From positions 2,329,490 to 2,393,489 of the forward strand of contig NW_018408902.1 of the NCBI RefSeq assembly GCF_002113885.1: 64,000 nt of DNA, written 5' to 3'. Both the position numbers and the translations under genes were made by a program. Positions 23,601 through 32,600 of the stretch are shown piece after piece; within the stretch, counting starts at the first letter, position 1, and the number at the start of each line of letters is the position of its first letter. A model generated the notes under the pieces. It searched no databases and was not told the DNA's origin. It saw only the letters and a list, made by a program, of their open reading frames with translations. The DNA is from Mizuhopecten yessoensis (Eukaryota).

Positions 23601-26600
23601 ACTGACTGCTATATGTGGTTGGTAATAAAGGGGAGACACTCTGTACCAACAGCTATGTGTGTTTGGTAATAAAAAGGAGACAATCTTTACTTACAGCAAT
23701 ATGTGGTTGGTAATAAAGGGGAGATAATCTGTACCCACAGCTATGTGTTTGGTAAAAAAGGGGAGACACTCTGTACTGACAGCTATGTGTGGTTGGTAAT
23801 AAAGGGGAGACACTCTGTACCAACAGCTGTGTGTTTGGTAATAAAGGGGAGACAATCTGTACTGACAGCTAAAAGCGGTTGGTAATAAAGGGGAGACACT
23901 CTGTACTGACAGCTATGTGGTTGGTAATAAAGGGGAGATAATCTGTACCCACAGCTATGTGGTTGGTAAAAAAGGGGAAATAATCTGTACTTATAGCTAT
24001 ATGGTTGGTAATAAAGGGGAGACAATCTGTACTTACAGCTATATGGTTGGCTATAAGAGGTTCCTTCAATAAGTCAGTCCCAGATGGTCGTTTTGCTGGG
24101 TCTTTACTTAACATTCTGGAAACAGGCAAAGATATAACAAGTTCAGGGAAAACCGTATATATTTATATTCATATGATAAAGACATTTTCCTGGAATATTT
24201 TGAAAAGTAACAAAGTCTGAAACTTCATGATATGTGTTCTTATGTGATCATGAAATCCACCTTAACAAGATGTTTATGTTAAAAGATGCAATACATTTAC
24301 TCAAACTGAACTTAAACTACTTAAAATTATGGTTGACAAAATATGTCGACAAATTTTTGAAATATTTTTCGATCAAATATTTTCCATTTTATGTATAGCT
24401 CTAGAATGTGAACATGATATGTTTTATAACAAACAAATACATTTTTTCCATACTTACAACACCATTATCCGATTAAGATCTTTGGAGAACCTATCAGGAA
24501 GTTTGGGTAGTTCTCCCTCAACAATTTTATACATGACCCCCATCAAACTGGTGCCGTCAAATGCATGGCTCAGGGTACACATCTCATACAGGATACAGCC
24601 TATAGACCTGAAAATAGTGGTATACATCTGATACAGGATGCAGCCTATAGACCTGAAAATAGTGGAATACATCTGATACAGTATACAGCCTATAGACCTG
24701 AAAATAGTGGGATACATCTCATACAGGATACAGCCTAGAGACCTGAAAATAGTGGTATACATCTTACACAGGATACAGCCTATAGACCTGAAACTAGTGG
24801 TATACATCTGATACAGGATACAGCTTATAGACCTGAAAATAGTGGTATACATCTGATACGGGATACAGCCTATAGACCTGAAAATAGTGGCATACATCTG
24901 ATACAGGATCCAGCCTATAGACCTGAAAATAGTGGCATACATCTGATACAGGATCCAGCCTATAGACCTGAAAATAGTGGGATACATCTCATACAGGATA
25001 CAGCCTAGAGACCTGAAAATAGTGGAATACATTCGATACAGAATACAGCCTATGGACCTGAAAATAGTGTTATACATCTGATACAGGATACAGCCTATGG
25101 ACCTGAAAATAGTGGTATACATCTGATCCAGGATACAGCCTATAGACCTGAAAATAGAGGTATACATCTCATACAGGATACAGCCTAGAGACCTGAAAAT
25201 AGTGGAATACATTCGATACAGAATACAGCCTATGGACCTGAAAATAGTGGTATACATCTTACACAGGATACAGCCTATAGACCTGAAAATAGTGGTATAC
25301 ATCTGATACAGTATACAGCCTATGGACCTGAAAATAGTGGTATACATCTGATACAGGATACAGCCTATAGTCCTTCACTCGTATTGATGGGAGGGACAGC
25401 TCTGTCCTTCACTCGTATTTATGGGAGGGACAGCTCTGTCCTTCACTCGTAATTTTGGGAGAAATCTATGAACTTACCATATGTCTGACTTGGAGTTGTA
25501 GCCCTCATGTTTGAGAACCTCAGGACTCATGTAGTATGGAGTTCCAGTGAAGGTTGATGCTAGGTCTGTGGTTCCCATCAATATCCGGGATATTCCAAAA
25601 TCACCAATTTTAATCATATTTTTCTTAAGGAAAATATTTCTGGAAGAAATGGGGGAAAAGAATTATGAATTTCAATTTGATACTTTGATATCACTTAGAC
25701 CATGATTGACCTACTTTTATGGTCTTATTACCTGATATACATGGTTTTGTAGTTTGATTGGTTTGGTTTAATTTTATTTAACGTCCTATTAACAGCTTAG
25801 ATCATTTAAGGAAGTGCCTCAATGTGTTCTAGTGTATGCGTTCTTGTGTGTGTGTTTGCAGGAGACGGGGTATATTGATGTGGTTTGAGGTCTGAATTAT
25901 ATTAACATTAATCTGGTTATTTAGGTCTTTGTGACCTACATTTACGTTGATTTGAAGTCATTGTGACCTGGTTTTGCCATCTTTATGGCCTATATTTAAC
26001 TAGTTTTGAGGTCACTGTGACCTCTATATTGACCTGGTTTTGAGGTAACTGTGACCTATATATTAACCTGGTTTTGAGGTCTCTGTGACCTATATATTTA
26101 CCTGGTTTATAGGTCTCTGACCTATATTTGATTAGTTTTGAGGTCAATGTGACCTATATTTACCTGGTTTTGAGGTCTCTGTGTAATACCCTGCGTGTGT
26201 GCATGTAGTGGACGGCAAGTACAAGCTGGACAAACCAGTCCAGCACCGTTTTCTCATCAAACAGTTTCTTGTTCTTCTTTAAATCATTGATCTTCATGTC
26301 CAAATCTCCTCCCTACAACGGCAACATAGGTAATCAACTAGCCATGATAGGTCACTGTTAGCCGTGATAGGTCACTGTTAGCCGTGATAGGTCACTGTTA
26401 GCCGTGATAGGTCACTGTTAACCGTGATAGGTCACTGTTAGCCATGATAGGTCACTGTTAGCCATGATAGGTCACTTTTAGCCATGATAGATCACTGTTA
26501 GCCATGATAGGTCACTGTTAGCCATGATAGGTCACTGTTAGCCATGATAGGTCACTGTTAGCCATCAACATTAACATTGTAATGACAATACTTACAGTAT

Positions 26601-29600
26601 TAACTCATTTACCCCTGAAATTTCCTAATGGACTATTCCAACCTTTGAATTGACAGAGTTCAAATATGTCTTCAGGGTGAATGAGTTAAGTCTAATTTTT
26701 AAGAAATAATGGTACAGAAATAACCTGTCAGTAGTGATACAGGTTCATTACAATAAGCTTCAGGTATTATCCTATGTGTGTCGTATGTTTATTTCCCTAC
26801 CTACCTCACAATACTCAGTGATGATACAGAACACATCCCCATCAATAAAGCTGTCGTGAAACTTGACGATGCTGGGGTGCATGAGTTTGGATAAGACACG
26901 TGCCTCCTTCGCAGCTTCCACTGTCTCATCTGGCTGTAACTCCCCTATTGAGATTTCCTTCAGCACCTTCCTGTTAATACAAACATAATCAACACTATAC
27001 TGGCTGTAAATTTGTTTTTCACCCTCTCCAAATCAAGCAACCAGGGTACCGCATTCCCCCATCTAGTCTAAACAAAAGTCAAGGATTTGATGGCCGTAAA
27101 AGCTTAATAATTTACAAGAAAATTGAAGGGTTAGTTGTCTTGAGAAGTTTGTACTGTGGCTGTTAGGCTTACATAAACAACTTTGTATACGTTGTTGTAA
27201 ATTGTTCAAAGAAATTATATCAGAACACAGAAACAGCCATAATGCAACCAGTACACAAAGGGAAGTAACTCTGATCAATAAGCATGATAGACAAACCCAA
27301 TTACAACTGATGAAAGTATAACCTAGTATGTTTCATATAAGGAAATCAGATGGAACCCATGTCTTTTTCCCACTAGTTTGGGCTCCGATTGAGAAAATTG
27401 TGACGCAGTAAACCAAATTGGGAATTTTTGGATTTGTACTAAAAAATGATTTGTTTTTGCAAAATGTCATCTAAAATGCAAATACATCCTTATTTGTAAA
27501 GTTGCAATGTCATCTGAATGCATAAGCTGAGAATTAACGGGTAAAACAATCAGACACAGTGAAATTTTAAGGAGAATTTGGGATATAATATTTTTCGTTA
27601 GAATTGAGGCCAAATTTTGGCCTCAAATTGGCTCTAGAAAAAGTCTGGACACAAATATGGGGATTATACATATAGGGGAATAACTCAGTAAATACTTATC
27701 AATTAATATATCTTGATGTATATGCATGACTATGTCTGATAGTGCTAAATCTCATACTTGGTTACAAAGGAACTCAAGCAGTAGCTATCAGGACAATATC
27801 TAACTTATTATAACTGGTCTTTGGTAAAGTCAACTTACACAAAGAAATATTCATTCATTTACCACAAATTTCTTACCTTTTCCTCAAAAATAAAACATTT
27901 TTTATAAACACACTGATGTCCAAATACAGAAATAATTCAAACATCTGGGACATTTTGGTGCAGTGGTTTAATGATATCACCACAAGAAGCTAATTCATGA
28001 TAACAAGGCTTTGGATGCCGGGGGTCTAAATCAATATCACAAAACGGTATGGCAGGTAATGCTTCACTTCCAGTCACTTCCCAGTCCTCGTAATCAATAC
28101 ATAATTGTTGGACATCAGAGCAAGGTTAGGTCTGAGAGTGAAAAACGACAAAACTATTTGTTTATAGACTTCGGACATATTTGTCTGAAGTTGTATGTCT
28201 TAGCAACATGTCTAACATGTGACTGAGGTCAGGCAATGCAAGCCGAGTCAGTGACATGCCTAACATGTGACTGAAGTCAGGCAATGCAAGCCGAGTCAGT
28301 GGGTATTGCTGTTCAAGTTATTGGGTACTGTTGGTCAGGTCATTCAGTAATACATGTACTGGCCAAGTAATTGGGCAACACTGGTAAAGTAATTGGGTAA
28401 TACTGGTCAAGTTATTGGGTAATACTGGTCAAGTTATTGGGCAATACTGGTCAAGTTATTGGGTAATATGTATACAGGTCAAGTAATTGGTTAATACATA
28501 CTGGGTGGTAGGGTGGGGCAGTGCATAGCGCACTTGCCTTTCACCAAGGCGGCCGGGGTTTGATTCCCCGATCGGACGTGAAAAGGTATGGGGTCACCTG
28601 CCCGACCAGGTGGGTTTTTCTCCGGGTACTCTGGTTTCCTCCCACAGTAAGACCCCCCGTGCGCTTACATCCGGGCTAACAAGAGTGATTAGTATTAAGA
28701 TGTAAAAACTTGTTTCATAATTGTTGTTTAATAAATATGGTTTATATCATATTAGTACATATATTTGTCAAGTAATTGGGTGATATGTATACTGGTCAAG
28801 TAATTAGGTAATATGTATACTGGTCAAGTAATTGGGTGATATGTATACTGGTCAAGTAATTGGGTGATATGTATACTGGTCCAGTAATTGGTAATATGTA
28901 TACTGGTCAAGTAGTTGGGTAATATGTATACTGGTCAAGTAGTTGGGTACCAATGGTCAATGATATAATTAGGCCAAAAATATATATAGTCTGTTTAGGG
29001 TTGCATTGGCAAAAAAACTAGGGTAGGTAGGTCAGATTTAAAAAAAAAAATTGTGTATATTTTTGGCCATGTGATTATGACCCTACTATTGTATGTAAAA
29101 CAAATAATTACATAAACAAGGTTCATTTGGAGGCAAATTGTGTGCTCCATATGATGACCTTTTTTTTTTTTTTTCATCAAAAAGTTTTGGGTAAAAAACT
29201 AGGGTCGGTCGGGAACCCTAAACAGACACTTTTTTTTTTTGCCTTATTTAAACCACTAGTAATTCCTCACTCACTAGTCCTCATAGGAAATGATATTTTA
29301 ATTAGGAAACTGGAAAACAACACAAAATGTACTTATTATTAAACCTGTTAGTGTTATGTGTCATATTTACATGTTTGCTGCCCCATGACAAATATGAGAT
29401 TGGAATGCAAGTATTCCAATAGTACCTTAATCGGGTGACAATATTAGCCTATTGCTGACATATTTCCCATGAAGTATGCCACAGTGAATACTCTATAGAA
29501 ACGTACAGATTGTGTATCAGTATTTCATGTCAGTGGAGAGATCCCTGGTCCCTGTACAAATATCTTTTTGTCAAAAACTCACAGACTTTTCATCTCTATT

Positions 29601-32600
29601 CACGTAATTGTATGCATAGATGGGAAATGATCTGACTGAGATCATGGCTTTTAGTAAACGCGGTTCCAGAAGTTTCTTAAACTCTGGTTTTGTACAGACA
29701 TTCAGCTAAACGGCTAAGGATTATCCTTTTATAGTATATGTTAAAATTTAAAAAGCTTTATTGCAAATATAAAAGAAAACATGCCCCATATTTAAATTCT
29801 CAGTATAAAACTTGCTTTGTGTTTAATGTACAGATTTTGTTGTATCAGTGAAAGCCACTGACAACGTATCACTGGCTACAACAATGGAAGGTAGACAACG
29901 TATCACTGGCTACATCAATGGAAGGTTAAATCACCTGTTAAACTTCAATTGTTGTATGATCTTATTTAACATTTCATCAAGGTAAAGCCAATTAAAGCCG
30001 TGTACACTACCATATATCGTAAATGACATAATAAGGCATTGGTAAATATCAACACATTTTTCCTCTAACAAAATACAAATGAAATGATCAGAAAAACCTG
30101 TTTTTGTTTTATGTCACGTACCGGTTAATATCTTGTTTTTCTCTGACAAATGAAAAGTGATATTAACCGAAATCTACTGTACCTCGTAATTTAACGATTT
30201 TCCAAACAATCCGAGACATTAAAATTAAAGTTATCATTGTCTTTGTGTACAATGCCATTTTGGTAGCGAAAGTTGTCTAAACTAACAAAACCAACTGCAT
30301 GACATCCGGAAATTATGATATAATCTGAAATAGAAAACTCTGCAATTTTTTAAGTTCCTGGATGGGGTATCCTTATTAGAACAACCCATTCTGATTGATA
30401 TGTCTCGCCTGTGCCCCTCTTTGACCATCAATGCACATATCAGAGAAACTAACTTAAATGCAAAAACTTAATGTTGATAGAGATGCTGACAAAGTCAATG
30501 GACCATAAAAGGTAGGCCCCATCCAGCATTTGATGCATGGGTTCAGGTGTACTACCTAAGATGCATATATGGCCTAAGTTTGGTTGGTGTAGCACTTATA
30601 TTTTCAGTGAAACTAATTTAAACGCAAAAACTGAATGTTGATGCCGCCGCCGTTGCAGGAAAAGCAACACCCGAGTCTCACTTCCGACTCTTCATCGCAG
30701 CGAGACAAACAGTGTTCTTTTTAAGTCAAATATGGTTACCCTATTATGAAATGTGCAGTACATTGTACAGCTTTGAGTACTATATATACATACAGTAGTT
30801 TAGTTGTATAAAAGATATGGTATACTGTAAAATCGCAAATTTTTCTGGTGTGGAAATGCATGTTCACATATTTTTTACATTGAGTAAATATACACTAAAA
30901 TATTCACATGCAAATATAAATTTACAGATTGTAGATACATGTATATAGGCACAGATTTCTGAAGCATTGCAGTCAATGCAAAAAATTCCAGGCTACGTTT
31001 AAAGAGTCAAGAAAATTTTCACATTTACAGTAAGATATTAGTTAGAATCTGTTCAAATACAAATTTAACAAGGTTACCGCGAGCGGTATATAATACACCC
31101 GTCACACATTGAATGAGCAGTTGTTTGTATGATTGAAATATATGAAGTATTTGTGAGTAATTGATATTAAAAGAGAAATCATTCAACATAACTGGTAGAT
31201 CAATGAGTGCAATACAACATCATGGAACGCATGCATCGCATTAATGAAACCAAGGGNNNNNNNNNNNNNNNNNNNNNNNNNNNNNNNNNNNNNNNNNNNN
31301 NNNNNNNNNNNNNNNNNNNNNNNNNNNNNNNNNNNNNNNNNNNNNNNNNNNNNNNNNNNNNNNNNNNNNNNNNNNNNNNNNNNNNNNNNNNNNNNNNNNN
31401 NNNNNNNNNNNNNNNNNNNNNNNNNNNNNNNNNNNNNNNNNNNNNNNNNNNNNNNNNNNNNNNNNNNNNNNNNNNNNNNNNNNNNNNNNNNNNNNNNNNN
31501 NNNNNNNNNNNNNNNNNNNNNNNNNNNNNNNNNNNNNNNNNNNNNNNNNNNNNNNNNNNNNNNNNNNNNNNNNNNNNNNNNNNNNNNNNNNNNNNNNNNN
31601 NNNNNNNNNNNNNNNNNNNNNNNNNNNNNNNNNNNNNNNNNNNNNNNNNNNNNNNNNNNNNNNNNNNNNNNNNNNNNNNNNNNNNNNNNNNNNNNNNNNN
31701 NNNNNNNNNNNNNNNNNNNNNNNNNNNNNNNNNNNNNNNNNNNNNNNNNNNNNNNNNNNNNNNNNNNNNNNNNNNNNNNNNNNNNNNNNNNNNNNNNNNN
31801 NNNNNCGCCCTCCCGCCCGCTCACGTGATAACATAATACGTTCCCGTCTTCGACGGGCGTATAAAAATTGAGCAAGATGCCATAAGCAGAGACAAAGGAA
31901 GGACTACTCATTCCAGCTCTGCATGTATATAATTGTAATGTTCAAACACCATAAAAAAAATTAAAAAAAAAGATTATTTCACACTTCCCATGTATAATCT
32001 ATTGATAGGTTTAAAAGATTTTTTTCCCCCAAGTCCATCATTAATGGGAACTTTAAATCCTGAATAGAAAAAAATTACCATATATTCAATAAAAGGAATA
32101 TTCAGCATAGCAAACAGTATATTGAAATTTATACACTTTTAGTAATCAGCTCAAAATATTCAAGGACATTGTGTGTTCCCTATATATGTATTAAAGAGCT
32201 AAACATAATTAAGGTGCAAGATATATATAGATATTAAAATTCTACAAAGTTTTTATAAAGCCTTATTTCCTTCCAAAACTACTGAAATTTAAACTAATAC
32301 TGTGAACTTAATTAAAAGATATCATCAGACAGTGTACAATTTGAAAATAAAATACATACAAAATTGTTTATGAAATGTCACCTATAGCTATCATTTAGCA
32401 ATACTAAACAGAATCAACACTTTTGACAAAATAATTCAGGATGATAAAACTTAACTGCTCAGGCAGAATTTCAATAGATCAACCTCTGATACATAGACAT
32501 GAAAAAATAGCCTCCTTATTTCACTCAACCTTTCCCTTCACCATGAGCTCTCCTTGCAGACATTCATCAGCCATTTTGTGATTTTTGAATTTGGGGGTCA

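Noticed and set aside
24454-25347. 297-aa ORF as a separate repeat-protein gene
   Set aside because: It is NEK11 exon 5 plus the acceptor array read in the same frame, not an independent gene.
24585-25365. GTATCCT (U12-donor-like) in most 45-bp units
   Set aside because: It comes from the Cys-Ile-Leu codons, continues with G rather than T, and has no U12 branch site downstream.
31183-31911. ORFs of about 200 aa full of X
   Set aside because: Artefact of the N gap.
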